A DNA stretch of 64,000 nucleotides from Nitrospiraceae bacterium (GCA_050246315.1 JBFWWG010000003.1:160001-224000); one strand, 5' to 3'; numbered from the stretch's first letter, positions 39,247 to 49,344 are shown. Made by a program: numbers and translations. Notes: generated by a model from the sequence alone, not told the origin.

Positions 39247-39321
39247 GCGGGCGTAGCTCAGTGGTAGAGTCCTAGCTTCCCAAGCTAGTTGTCGTGGGTT
39301 CAAATCCCATCGCCCGCTCCA
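39247..39321 (+). tRNA. tRNA-Gly (anticodon CCC)
   Basis: Acceptor GCGGGCG/CGCCCGC, anticodon arm CTAGC-TTCCCAA-GCTAG, T-loop TTCAAAT, encoded CCA; TTGACT-N18-TAGGAT upstream (39195-39224). Confidence 0.97.
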
Positions 39322-39393
39322 TACCACACTTCGTGTGACCCGGCGGCTTTTCAGGCACAGCCTCTCATCATTGTCGCCGCCGAAGAAACACCT
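39319..39393 (+). repeat. 75-bp imperfect direct repeat, copy 1 (starts at the tRNA CCA)
   Basis: Ungapped alignment to 49494-49568 with 60/75 identities by hand count. Confidence 0.75.
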
Positions 39394-39730
39394 ACAGCGA
39401 TTATTAAATCGTTGCATCCTAGTGTGTCCCTCCGACTCTCCAGGCGTAGCTTTCCTGGTTGATGCCGGCGGGGAATACCTCCAGGGATTCCGGTCTCCTC
39501 GTTTAAACCACCAACCTTCGGTTGAACCGGGCGCTCTTCATCACACTTTCGTGATATGTCGCGCCCGGAGAGACACCTTCAATACCTCCCCATGCTTATA
39601 GCTACGCCTGATCCGATGGATATCTTGCATCGTATCGTAACTGCCGCAACCGGAGAAATCCCTCAAGAGTTTCATCCATTCTCCGCAGTATGACCCGCCG
39701 GCTCTACTTCGTCTCCTGGTCCGTATTATT

Positions 39731-39757
39731 TACGAACCGTCATGAAATGCGGGCTAA
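39731..39757. repeat. isolated end of the CTAG-ended MITE family
   Basis: ACGAACCGTCATGAAATGCGGGCTAA matches the reverse complement of the 49430 end, with a short deletion and a few substitutions. Confidence 0.6.
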
Positions 39758-39919
39758 GACAGTTATTCCGCTCCGCCCAACTTGTCATACGATCCTATTC
39801 CAAAAAACCAAGCTGTTACATCGACCTGTTCTTCAATCCATACAATCGCGATAGTGAGTCATTCGGTGCCAGGCTCATCAACCGGCGACAAATCCATCGG
39901 TTATGGAATCAATCCCTGT

Positions 39920-39935
39920 TGGCAAAGGATTTGCT
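39920..39935 (+). promoter_or_regulatory. sigma54 promoter
   Basis: TGGCAAAGGATTTGCT = GG-N10-GC, ~95 nt upstream of ATG 40031. Confidence 0.7.
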
Positions 39936-40030
39936 CATTACCGGTACGAACGATCGTTCCCGCAAAAGACGTCATGCAGTGAAACGGAATGGGCGACCGA
40001 GTGGATCATCATCTTCGAGGAGGTGACGCC

Positions 40031-40339
40031 ATGAGCAAAGTCATAGTTGCAATCGTCGCGACCGTTGCTTTCACCTTCACCGGTCTGACTGTCGCGCCCG
40101 CAGATGCGACCACGACGTTTGTGCGAAGCACCGTCGAACACATCGATCTCGTGAAACAGACCATCACATTTCAAGCCCGTGATGGGCAAAGCTGGACACT
40201 CCGAGTCGAGAACCCAGAACTCCTCAAGAAGGACTCGTTGGCCAAAGGAGATCAGGTCACCATCGAAGTGAATTCCCGCGACGAGGTGAAGACCATTCTC
40301 AAGCTGTCGCAACCGAATGAGCCGGCCCGAGTGGAGTGA
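40031..40339 (+). CDS. small exported beta-rich (OB-fold-like) hypothetical protein
   Basis: GAGGAGG RBS; signal peptide ending ADA; STVEHIDLVKQTITF...LAKGDQVTIEV. Confidence 0.7.
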   Translation: MSKVIVAIVATVAFTFTGLTVAPADATTTFVRSTVEHIDLVKQTITFQARDGQSWTLRVENPELLKKDSLAKGDQVTIEVNSRDEVKTILKLSQPNEPARVE

Positions 40340-40446
40340 CGAGAGAGAGACATCGAGACAGGATAGCCGCGCACAGAAAGAGGCTTCGTCCGACTGTGAA
40401 GACACTCTTACCACCTCATTCATCGCCGACACCTTACGGAGGCACT

Positions 40447-40983
40447 ATGAACTGCCGATTCCCGCAACGAGCGAACACAAACTGTTCTCCGCTCCTACCC
40501 CTGCTGATCGCCGCCCTCTGCGCCGCTTGGCCATGGGTACTCTGGTTTGAGCGACCGGCCCTCGCGGCGGATCAGGCGACAATTGAGGAAGGCGCGACGG
40601 TTACCTTCTCATACCGTTTTACGGTGCCTGGAACCGTTCCGACGATCTACAGCGACGTAGGCACGTTTGTTCAGGGTCAGCACCAGATTCTCCCCGTTGT
40701 GGAGCGAGAGTTGGCGGGCTTGCACCCGGGAGATGAAAAATCAGTCGAGGTGACACCTGAGGAAGGCTTTGGGCAATACGATGAACAAAAGAAGGAGAAC
40801 GTGCCCCGAACATCCTTACCCGATGGGGTGAAGGAAGGTGATGTGGTGAAAGACCAAACCGGTCGTGTCGCCACTATCGCGACGATCTCGGACAAGGATG
40901 CCGTGATGGATTACAATCATCCGTTAGCCGGCAAGCGGTTCGTAATGCAGATCAAGGTCCTGAAGGTCGAGAAACGGTCGTAG
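40447..40983 (+). CDS. FKBP-type peptidyl-prolyl isomerase, SlyD-like, with N-terminal signal
   Basis: PEEGFGQYD and DYNHPLAGK motifs; GGAGG RBS; hydrophobic leader ending ALA. Confidence 0.85.
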   Translation: MNCRFPQRANTNCSPLLPLLIAALCAAWPWVLWFERPALAADQATIEEGATVTFSYRFTVPGTVPTIYSDVGTFVQGQHQILPVVERELAGLHPGDEKSVEVTPEEGFGQYDEQKKENVPRTSLPDGVKEGDVVKDQTGRVATIATISDKDAVMDYNHPLAGKRFVMQIKVLKVEKRS

Positions 40984-41192
40984 CGTCTTCATCCGCGTCA
41001 CCCGGCGCACTCCGCATGAGATGCGTGCGTTCGCATGCAGGGTGTGTCGTGTGCTCTGTAGGCCGTGCCATCCTCCCGGCATTCGTCACCACAAATGATC
41101 TTCCCGGCGTGCAGCGGCGTTTCGCCGTCGATGAATGCCTCTGCTCAAGCAGAGCGAAGCGAACCGGGGTCGCGAGAGAGAGGAGGCGGACC

Positions 41193-41528
41193 ATGCACGA
41201 ACTCTTGACGTATCTCAAAGCGCGCATCGAATGGTGCCAGCGGCAGGGCAAGACCGCCGCCGACGTGCACGAGCAGCGCGGTTGGTGGGCGGAAGAGGCC
41301 GGACTCGTCGATGCCCTCCGCGGAAGGCCAAGCCCATCCTCTTCCCCTGATTCCTTCGGTGAACATCTGGCACGCTATCACCTCGGGCTACAAGAAGGCT
41401 CTGCCATCATGCGCCTGATCGAGCCGCATACGAAGCAGGAAACCGGCGACGGAGGTCATCAGGAAAAGCGCAGGAATGAAAAGAGTGAACACCAGAACGG
41501 AGGATCGAGGCCCGGTCAGCTCCCGTAG
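41193..41528 (+). CDS. hypothetical protein
   Basis: GAGGAGG RBS before the ATG; helical, GWWAEEAGLVDAL. Confidence 0.6.
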   Translation: MHELLTYLKARIEWCQRQGKTAADVHEQRGWWAEEAGLVDALRGRPSPSSSPDSFGEHLARYHLGLQEGSAIMRLIEPHTKQETGDGGHQEKRRNEKSEHQNGGSRPGQLP

Positions 41529-41788
41529 CCCTCCGGCTTGAGAGCCTCCTCTCCAGACGGAACCGAGGAGACTCCACAGGACTCATCTGGATAAACTATG
41601 CCGGGTGACGGACAAGTTGCTCCCGCCTAAGTGTACGATTCCACGTGATTTTGTTCCTCTCGCGCCTCCCATCCAAGCCAAGTCATTCACGCTCGGTCAA
41701 AACGCTACGATGGAATCTCTCCGGCTGTCCATGGACAATTCCTTGTCGATACAACAGCTTACAAGAATCGATCGGAAGCGGAACGATT

Positions 41789-41804
41789 TGGCCCGTCGCT
41801 TGCT
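41789..41804 (+). promoter_or_regulatory. sigma54 promoter of the MFS pair, with a possible IHF site upstream
   Basis: TGGCCCGTCGCTTGCT = GG-N10-GC; TACAACAGCTTA at 41750-41761 resembles the IHF consensus. Confidence 0.7.
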
Positions 41805-41846
41805 CTCTTTCCTTCCGCGAATGGCACTCACGTTGAGGAAAGAACG

Positions 41847-43202
41847 ATGACCATGACGACCGAGCAGATTGGCTGGAGAACCGATCGTCACCAGCAGCGC
41901 CAAGGAGAAGAAAGCCCTGGGCGAATGGATTCTCCACAGGAACGAAGTCGTGGTTGGCAACTCGTGACGACCAGGAACTTCGGCCTGCTCTGGTGGGGAC
42001 AAGTGACATCTCAAATCGGGGAGGGGTTGAACAAGGTCGCATTGCTCTGGTTCGTGTACGAACTGACCGGGTCGGTGCTGAAGATGACCATGGTCGGGTT
42101 GCTGCAAACGGTTCCTCCGTTGGTGCTCGGGCCGCTCATCGGCGTGTATCTCGATCGGCTGTCCAAGAAGCGCGTCATGATGTGGGTCGACGCGATTCGT
42201 TCGGTCTTAACATTGTTGATCCCGGCCCTGTATACCGCGGATTTGTTGACTCTCCCCGGCCTCTACGTGTTGATCTTCGCCACATCCGTGGTATCCACCG
42301 TCTTTGGACCGGCCCTGGTTTCCTCCGTCCCGTTTCTGGTCCGCAAAGCGGAGCTCGTATCGGCCAACGCGCTGATCCAGGGCACCAACAACATCGGCAT
42401 GCTGATCGGGCCGGCCGTGAGCGGCCTGATGATCGCGTTGATCGGCGCGGACAATGTCCTCTACGTCAATTCCTTGACCTTCTTGATTTCCACAACCTGC
42501 CTGGTCCCGATCCGGATGGACGAGCCGACCCGAAAGCCTGTAACCGACTCCGCTCCCTCTGTCACACTGCTCCAAGAGCTGATGATCGGGTTCCGTTTCG
42601 TGTTCGGCCACCAGTCGACGATTTTCCCCCTCGCGGTGATCTCCGCCCTGTATAATTTGGGAACGAGCGCCTTCGTGTTTGTGCTGCCGGTTTACGCCAA
42701 GGAACTGCTCCAAGTCGGACCGGTCCAGCTCGGGTGGATCTGGTCGGCATTGGGTAGCGGGATGCTTGTGGCCTCCACATGGCTGGCCTGGAAACGGCAT
42801 GGCGATCCGCAACATCGAATGCGCATCGTGGTGCGGGGAATGACCCTCGGAGGCTTGGCGCTGTGTACACTTGGTCACTTGGAAACACCGCTGATCGCCG
42901 GAGCACTCGTGCTGATCGTCGGCGGCAGCATGGCGGTTCTCAATCCGGTGGTGTGGGCTCTGTTGCAGGAACAAACTCCTTCACACCTCATGGGGCGAGT
43001 GTTGACGACGTTCAGTACCGGCTCGATGGCCGCAGCGATGGCAGGGATGACCGGCTTCGGGTTCGTGGCCGACAGGGTCGGACCGGCTGCCAGCTTGATC
43101 GGCCTCGGGCTCGTCCTGTTGCTCACTGCCGTCGTCGCATTGCAGATCGCCCGCCACCCAGCAGTACGTCACGCGGCGGCCATGAGTTCGGCCGTCTCAT
43201 GA
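41847..43202 (+). CDS. MFS transporter (DHA3/EntS-like)
   Basis: RNFGLLWWGQVTSQIG, GVYLDRLSKK motif A, LMGRV. Confidence 0.9.
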   Translation: MTMTTEQIGWRTDRHQQRQGEESPGRMDSPQERSRGWQLVTTRNFGLLWWGQVTSQIGEGLNKVALLWFVYELTGSVLKMTMVGLLQTVPPLVLGPLIGVYLDRLSKKRVMMWVDAIRSVLTLLIPALYTADLLTLPGLYVLIFATSVVSTVFGPALVSSVPFLVRKAELVSANALIQGTNNIGMLIGPAVSGLMIALIGADNVLYVNSLTFLISTTCLVPIRMDEPTRKPVTDSAPSVTLLQELMIGFRFVFGHQSTIFPLAVISALYNLGTSAFVFVLPVYAKELLQVGPVQLGWIWSALGSGMLVASTWLAWKRHGDPQHRMRIVVRGMTLGGLALCTLGHLETPLIAGALVLIVGGSMAVLNPVVWALLQEQTPSHLMGRVLTTFSTGSMAAAMAGMTGFGFVADRVGPAASLIGLGLVLLLTAVVALQIARHPAVRHAAAMSSAVS

Positions 43203-43338
43203 TTCTCGTTCGGATTCGTGCCTCGTTCCCGGCCTTCAACATCCCTTGTTCTCTCCCATATGCTCGGCAGGATTTCACGGACGCCCCGATCGTCACCCCC
43301 CATCTCGAGTCGATCCAGGATGCGGGAGCCTGAGCCTG

Positions 43339-44658
43339 ATGCCGGGGGAGCACGTGATTGGCCGCCTCGACGACGCGCCGGGCCTATCCCCCGATCGCGC
43401 CAGGACCGAGCGTCACCGCTGGCTGTTGACTCGTGACTTTGGCCTGATCTGGTCGAGCCAAATTCTGTCGCAGATTGCCGACGGCGTGAGCAAATTAGCC
43501 TTGCTCTGGTTTGTGTACTCTGTCACCGGCTCCGCGATCAAGACCACCATCATCGGATTGCTTCAGACGCTGCCCGCCATCATCCTGGGCCCGCTGATCG
43601 GAGTCACCGTCGACCGTCTTCCCAAGAAGGCGGTGTTGATCGGAAGCGATCTTGCCCGCGCGGTCCTGATCGGTCTGATCCCCTGCATCTTGTCCGTCGA
43701 ACGGTTCACGCCAACCATGCTGTACGTATTGACGTTGGGATACGGCATCGCCAGCGCCCTGTTTGTCCCCGCCTTGTCCGCCTCCGTTCCTTCGCTGGTA
43801 GACCGATCGCGGTTTACGGCGGCCAATGCCCTCCTCCAAAGCACCACCAGCATCGGCATCATCGCTGGACCGGCGATCAGCGGCCTCGGTATCGCCTATG
43901 CCGGTTCACAGGACGTCTTGTGCCTCAACGCCGTGACGTACGTCGCCTCCGTCCTCTGCCTCTTGCCGATTCGATTCTCGGGCTCGACAGGCGCCTCGGC
44001 GGCTTCCAGCTCCTCGCCAGGAATACTCGCGGATCTCCTGGCCGGGCTGCGCTACGCGCTCGTCTCGCACCGCGCCGTCCTCGTGCTGATCCTGCTCGCC
44101 TCGCTCTATACGTTCGGAGCCGGTGCCTTCACGACCCTGTTTCCGGTCTATGGCCGGCGCCTGCTCAATCTGGGGCCCATCGAGGTCGGGTATCTCTGGT
44201 CCTGGCTGGGTGTCGGCTTGCTGATCGCGTCACTCGGTCTCGTCCGACTATCGGACCGGGACATGGCGACGCGCCTGCAGGCCGTGACGGTCAGCAGTCT
44301 CTTGGGCGGGGCGGCACTCTGTGGGCTGGTGTGGGCGCAGAATTTGTCCGCCGCCACACTCTTGGTTCTCGTGATCGGCCTGGGACTCGGCGTCTGGACA
44401 CCCATTGCTTGGAGCATGGTCCAGGAATTGTGTCCCGCTTCGTTACTCGGCCGAGTGATGGCCATTTACACCGCAGTCGCCACCGCAACCGCCATGGCCG
44501 GTATGACGTTCTTCGGATGGGTGACGGAAGCCTTCGACGAGTCCGTGAGTGTGATCGGGATCGGCATGGCGTTGACTGTCCTGGCCGGGGCTTCATATTG
44601 GTTCAAATCAAGCCTCGTGCGCTCGGACGGAGGTCTCGTCAATGGCCGGCGATCGTGA
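43339..44658 (+). CDS. MFS transporter (DHA3/EntS-like), paralogue of the upstream gene
   Basis: RDFGLIWSSQILSQIA..SKLALLWFVY, GVTVDRLPKK, LLGRV; start uncertain. Confidence 0.9.
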   Translation: MPGEHVIGRLDDAPGLSPDRARTERHRWLLTRDFGLIWSSQILSQIADGVSKLALLWFVYSVTGSAIKTTIIGLLQTLPAIILGPLIGVTVDRLPKKAVLIGSDLARAVLIGLIPCILSVERFTPTMLYVLTLGYGIASALFVPALSASVPSLVDRSRFTAANALLQSTTSIGIIAGPAISGLGIAYAGSQDVLCLNAVTYVASVLCLLPIRFSGSTGASAASSSSPGILADLLAGLRYALVSHRAVLVLILLASLYTFGAGAFTTLFPVYGRRLLNLGPIEVGYLWSWLGVGLLIASLGLVRLSDRDMATRLQAVTVSSLLGGAALCGLVWAQNLSAATLLVLVIGLGLGVWTPIAWSMVQELCPASLLGRVMAIYTAVATATAMAGMTFFGWVTEAFDESVSVIGIGMALTVLAGASYWFKSSLVRSDGGLVNGRRS

Positions 44659-44742
44659 ACCGTGGGGTCGCCGCGACGGGTCGACCGGGAGGTCAACCCG
44701 TTGCCAGGTGGGGCGGGACCTTCGCGACCGGCCGAGGATGGC

Positions 44743-45369
44743 CTATTTCGCCGGTTTCAAGGCGTCCCGCTGGCGCTGGAGTTCGGTTTTCAATTGCTCG
44801 CGTTCCTGCATGAGCGTGGCAACCTTCGTGCTGAGCGCGTCCCGCTCGGCGGCCGCTTCCTGCAGCCGACTGATCTCCAGCTCCTGCTCTTCCAGCCGTT
44901 TTTCCAGCTCAAACGCGCGTGCGGCAGATGTTTCCAATTCTCCCATCCGTTTTTGAATCCGCGCAATCTCATCCTTCGTCGTGGTGGTGCCCGTCATCAG
45001 TTTCTGCTTCTCCTCCCGAAGCGTGGCAACCTTGACCTGTTCCACCGCCAGTTTCGTCTCTACATCCTTGGCACCGTTGCGAGCTTCTGTGAGTTCGTTC
45101 AGCAGTTTCGCCTTCTGCTGGTGTACGGCATCGAGTTCGGCCATCGCCTTTTTTTTGAAGCTTTCACAGGTCGCCGCCGCTTGGGCTTCACTTTTTCGAA
45201 CCTCGGCTTCCGCCTTGCGCGCTTCGATCTCCGCCTTTCGCGCCTCGGCTTCGTTTTTGCGGGCCTCATCGAGATTCGTCAACAACTGTTGATGGGTTGC
45301 TCTCGGAACACAGCCGGACACCAGCAGTCCGCCTGCACAGACCGCGGCGACCACAATTGGGACCATCAT
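44743..45369 (-). CDS. coiled-coil lipoprotein with 4x heptad repeat
   Basis: Lipobox VSGC; EARKNEA/EARKAEI/EARKAEA/EVRKSEA; GGAGG RBS. Confidence 0.75.
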   Translation of the reverse strand: MMVPIVVAAVCAGGLLVSGCVPRATHQQLLTNLDEARKNEAEARKAEIEARKAEAEVRKSEAQAAATCESFKKKAMAELDAVHQQKAKLLNELTEARNGAKDVETKLAVEQVKVATLREEKQKLMTGTTTTKDEIARIQKRMGELETSAARAFELEKRLEEQELEISRLQEAAAERDALSTKVATLMQEREQLKTELQRQRDALKPAK

Positions 45370-45549
45370 GTCGCTCTCTCCTCCTCCAGCGGCGCAGACG
45401 CGTTGCGCACACGTCCACGTTGGAAGTCATTATGCGCTTTGCGATGGTCAAATGCCACCCGACGGAGCATGGTTCATCGTCGGGTCGAGGCTGCCCGGCC
45501 GCGAAGAGATGACGGCATGGTAGATCGAGGTCGGATGCCGCGTCTTCCG

Positions 45550-46056
45550 TCAGTCACGCGAGGTGGGAGGAGTCGGTTCCGTCTCACGCAACAGGACGCG
45601 GAGGCTGGTTAGAAATTCCCGGTTGCAGAACGGCTTTCGAATCCACTGCAGGGGTGCGGCATGCGGCAGATGAAGCGTGGGGGCAAGCGGCGCGCCGGAA
45701 GGGACCTGCACCGTCGCCAGGAGCACCGGGATGGGCTGCGGACGCACACGCATCCAGGTATTCAACTGATCAAGCGACCCGTCGTTCCATTCCAAAGAGA
45801 CCGTATCGATATCAATGACCAGGCAGCGGACGCGGCTGGGACGGCAGCGGACCACGATCGCCTTGATCGTCGTCACCACTTCGCTGTTGATGCTCGCCTG
45901 GTCGAGCAGTTCGGACATCATGGCGGCTAAGGTTGCATCCGCCTCGACGATCAACACGATGCGATCGGAATGGCCCCGGCGGCGAGCCGCTCGTTCGCCG
46001 GCGATCATCCGAGTGGACGAACCGGTTTGCTCAGCCGGTGGGAGGCTACCCATCAT
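45550..46056 (-). CDS. atypical single-domain response regulator receiver
   Basis: IVLIVEAD, LVIDID (phospho-Asp position), LLAT, WIRKPF; start uncertain. Confidence 0.65.
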   Translation of the reverse strand: MMGSLPPAEQTGSSTRMIAGERAARRRGHSDRIVLIVEADATLAAMMSELLDQASINSEVVTTIKAIVVRCRPSRVRCLVIDIDTVSLEWNDGSLDQLNTWMRVRPQPIPVLLATVQVPSGAPLAPTLHLPHAAPLQWIRKPFCNREFLTSLRVLLRETEPTPPTSRD

Positions 46057-46146
46057 GGAGATCCCTGCGTTCGTAACTCGCAGACAACCCGTCCGCTCAG
46101 CTCATCCAGCCGGCACGAGTCGGCGGCTGCTGACCGTGTGCTGATA

Positions 46147-46162
46147 CGCAAAAATGGTACCA
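46147..46162 (-). promoter_or_regulatory. sigma54 promoter of the receiver/coiled-coil genes, divergent from the HK-RR pair
   Basis: Minus strand TGGTACCATTTTTGCG = GG-N10-GC. Confidence 0.6.
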
Positions 46163-46322
46163 ATCGAGGCTCACGCTCCTGTCGCATCCCGATGCGCGCA
46201 TTCTCAGATCGGCATTGGGGCGACGGCTTTGCGAGTCGGCCGATCTCCTCGAATCGGACCTGAACCCGCGAGGTGGCCGGGTCGTTTGCACAATGAAAAT
46301 CGGCGCAGTATATAGTATCGGC

Positions 46323-47957
46323 ATGACGGACGATCGCTCCCCAATGGGATTGGCGGCGAAAGCTTCGTTGGTCATTCTGCTCATCGTCGGACTGTCGGCG
46401 GTCGCGATGGAAGCCGTCGATCGCTACTATGTCCAGCAGGTGATTCAAGAACATTATCAGGACGAAGTCATGGGGGTGGTGCGCCAGGTCGGCGCAGGCA
46501 TCACCGCCCGGACCGACTTTGCAAACCAATCGGCGCGCGAATTAGAGCTGGTCAAACTGCGAGCAAGCCGACCCGATTTGGTCAATATCAGCATCTACGC
46601 GCTATCGGACCTCGGGCTCAGTCTGTTGGCCCACGCTGGCCAGGCACCCGCTGCCACCTTCGCACAGGCACCGCCTCTCGCCATGCACGCCATCGAGAAG
46701 GACTTGTCCTTGAGCGATCGACAAAGTTGGGCGACGGACCATCGGCTGAAGATTACGGCGCCCATTTCCGTCGATGGTCGGCGGGTCGGAGCGGCTTATG
46801 CTGAATTTTCGACGTTGGATTTTGACAACCTCCTGGATCTCATCCGGCGCCTCTCCTTTTCCCTCAGACTGCTCACGTGGCTCGGCGTGGTCCTGGCCAT
46901 CAACTTTTTCGTGTACCTGGCGGTCCATCGCCCGACCCGATCCCTGTTATCCGCCGTCAAGGCGGTCACATCCGGTAACCTCACGACGACGGTACCGGTT
47001 GCCAGCCGCGACGAGATTGGGATGTTGGGCCAGGAGTTCAACCGGATGGTTGAACGAATCCGGCTCACCACGGAGGAGAACGCGCACCTGTACGAAAAGG
47101 TGAAGCATGCCAACGAAAGCCTCGTACGCAAGGTGAGAGACGCTACGGCCGAACTCCGGCAGAAGAACCAGGAACTGGCCCGCACTAATGAGTTGCTCTC
47201 GACCGTGCAGCGAGAGGCTGCGCGCGCGCAACGGCTGTCGGTCATCGGTCAACTCGCAGCCTCTGTGGCCCATAAGATCGGCACCCCGTTGACGGCACTG
47301 TCCGGCCACATTCAGTTATTGCAGGAAGATCCTCAACTCAGTGCGGAGGCTCGGGCGCGTCTGCGCACGGTGGAAGCCCAGATTGACCGGACGATCAAGA
47401 TCATCCAAGATCTGCTCATCTACGCTCGCCGTCCCGAACTGGTGAAGACGATCCTCGATGTCAACGAGAGCATGCAGGAATGCCTGGCGCTCTTACGACC
47501 CGAGATGGATCGGCGGAAAGTCGATACCATTCTGCAGTGCAATTCGACCCTGGGCAAGGTGGAAGGAGATCAACAGCAGCTTCAGGAAGTATTCTGCAAT
47601 TTGATCGAGAATGCATTGGATGCCATGCCGAAAGGGGGCACGTTGACGATTCGCACGGCCCCCACCAGATTGCACCGGGCAGGAGAGATGAGCGACCAGG
47701 TTGCGATCGAGATCGCCGACACCGGACAGGGCATTGCCCCCGAGTATACGGAGAAGATTTTCGAACCATTTTTCACGACTAAGACGGCAGGACGAGGCAC
47801 AGGGCTCGGCCTGGCGATCGCCCACGATACGGTCAAGGCCCACGGCGGGGCCATTCATGTGCACAGCGAACTTGGGAAAGGAACGCACTTTCAAGTGCTG
47901 CTCCCGATCGCAAAAGGAGTCCCTGATGCCGGATCCGCCTCGCGTCCTGGTCGTTGA
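46323..47957 (+). CDS. membrane sensor histidine kinase (periplasmic sensor, HAMP, HisKA, HATPase_c)
   Basis: [27 protein letters not shown]-box, [27 protein letters not shown]; alternative ATG 46293. Confidence 0.92.
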   Translation: MTDDRSPMGLAAKASLVILLIVGLSAVAMEAVDRYYVQQVIQEHYQDEVMGVVRQVGAGITARTDFANQSARELELVKLRASRPDLVNISIYALSDLGLSLLAHAGQAPAATFAQAPPLAMHAIEKDLSLSDRQSWATDHRLKITAPISVDGRRVGAAYAEFSTLDFDNLLDLIRRLSFSLRLLTWLGVVLAINFFVYLAVHRPTRSLLSAVKAVTSGNLTTTVPVASRDEIGMLGQEFNRMVERIRLTTEENAHLYEKVKHANESLVRKVRDATAELRQKNQELARTNELLSTVQREAARAQRLSVIGQLAASVAHKIGTPLTALSGHIQLLQEDPQLSAEARARLRTVEAQIDRTIKIIQDLLIYARRPELVKTILDVNESMQECLALLRPEMDRRKVDTILQCNSTLGKVEGDQQQLQEVFCNLIENALDAMPKGGTLTIRTAPTRLHRAGEMSDQVAIEIADTGQGIAPEYTEKIFEPFFTTKTAGRGTGLGLAIAHDTVKAHGGAIHVHSELGKGTHFQVLLPIAKGVPDAGSASRPGR

Positions 47958-49344
47958 CGACGACGTCGACACCTTGCTGCTCCTCGAAGAGATCCTGACG
48001 AAAGAAGGGTACAAGGTTCGGACGGCCGAGCATGCCGAATCCGCATTGAGCCTCGCCGCGCAGGAGGAGGCGGATGTCGTCGTCACCGACATCCAGATGC
48101 CGGGGATGGACGGATTGGCCTTGCTGTCGGAATTGCAGCGGCGGCATCCCCAGACCTTGGTCGTGCTGGCTACGGCGTTCGGCTCGTTGAAGACTGCCGT
48201 CGATGGCATCAAGGCCGGCGCGTTCGACTACCTCGGCAAACCCTTTGTTGTGGACGACATCCGGTTGGTCGTCCGGCGGGCGATCGAGCACAAACGGGTC
48301 ATCAACGAAAACGCGGCACTGCGGGAGCAACTCAAGGAACGCTATCGGTTCGACAATTTCGTGGGTAGTTCAGCGGGAATGATCGCCGTCTATAAGATGA
48401 TCGCCCGGGTAGCCCAGAGCGACAGCACCGTGCTGATCCAGGGAGAGAGTGGGACGGGGAAGGAGTTGGTCGCCCGTGCGATCCATGCCAATAGCGCCCG
48501 CTGTTCCGGTCCGTTCGTCGCCGTGGACGCCGGGACGCTTACAGAAAGCCTGCTGGAATCCGAGTTGTTCGGACACGAGCGCGGTTCGTTTACCGGCGCC
48601 CTGACCACCAAAAAGGGCCTGTTGGAACGGGCTCATACCGGCACCTGCTTCTTGGACGAGGTCGCGGACATCTCGCCGACGCTGCAAAGCAAACTCCTGC
48701 GGGTGATCCAAGAACGGGAAATTCGACGCGTCGGCGGCAGCGATCCCATCAGCGTGGACGTCCGCATCCTCGCCGCCTCCAATAAAGACCTCAAAAGCCT
48801 GGTGGACTCCGGAAAATTTCGAGGCGATTTGTACTATCGGTTGAACGTCGTGACCATCGTTCTGCCCCCCCTTCGGGAACGGACGGATGACATCCCGCTC
48901 CTGGTCCAGTTCTTCGCTCAGAAATACGGCTCCGCTCAAGGCAAGCCGGCAATCGGTATCTCGACAGAAGCGATGGATCTGATCACGACCTATTTCTGGC
49001 CCGGTAATGTGAGGGAATTGGAGCATGTGATCGAACGAGCGGTCGTGCTCACTCCGCATCCCGTCATCTTTCCCGAAGATCTCCCCGAAGCTCTTCGCGA
49101 GCATCCAATGGCGGATAGACAGTCGCGCAGCGGATGGGTGACCCTGGATCAGTTGGAACGAGACTATATTCTGCGGGCCTTGGCCGCTCACCAACAGGAC
49201 CAGGGAAGGACGGCTGACCTCCTCGGCATTCACCGGAAAACCCTCCAGCGTAAGCTTCGCAAGTACGGCCTGGCGGAAGCCGGAGGCATGGAAGAGGCTA
49301 CTCCGGCCGAGGAACCGGCGATCGAACAGGAGGAATCCCTATGA
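47926..49344 (+). CDS. NtrC/AtoC-family sigma54-dependent response regulator
   Basis: REC (VVDDD, TDIQMP), GESGTGKE, ESELFGHERGSFTGA, WPGNVRELE, Fis-type HTH. Confidence 0.95.
   Translation: MPDPPRVLVVDDDVDTLLLLEEILTKEGYKVRTAEHAESALSLAAQEEADVVVTDIQMPGMDGLALLSELQRRHPQTLVVLATAFGSLKTAVDGIKAGAFDYLGKPFVVDDIRLVVRRAIEHKRVINENAALREQLKERYRFDNFVGSSAGMIAVYKMIARVAQSDSTVLIQGESGTGKELVARAIHANSARCSGPFVAVDAGTLTESLLESELFGHERGSFTGALTTKKGLLERAHTGTCFLDEVADISPTLQSKLLRVIQEREIRRVGGSDPISVDVRILAASNKDLKSLVDSGKFRGDLYYRLNVVTIVLPPLRERTDDIPLLVQFFAQKYGSAQGKPAIGISTEAMDLITTYFWPGNVRELEHVIERAVVLTPHPVIFPEDLPEALREHPMADRQSRSGWVTLDQLERDYILRALAAHQQDQGRTADLLGIHRKTLQRKLRKYGLAEAGGMEEATPAEEPAIEQEESL

Noticed and set aside
44662..45612. 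316-aa plus-strand ORF
   Set aside because: Antisense shadow of the coiled-coil lipoprotein (Phe/Leu-rich mirror of Glu/Lys codons); no motifs or RBS
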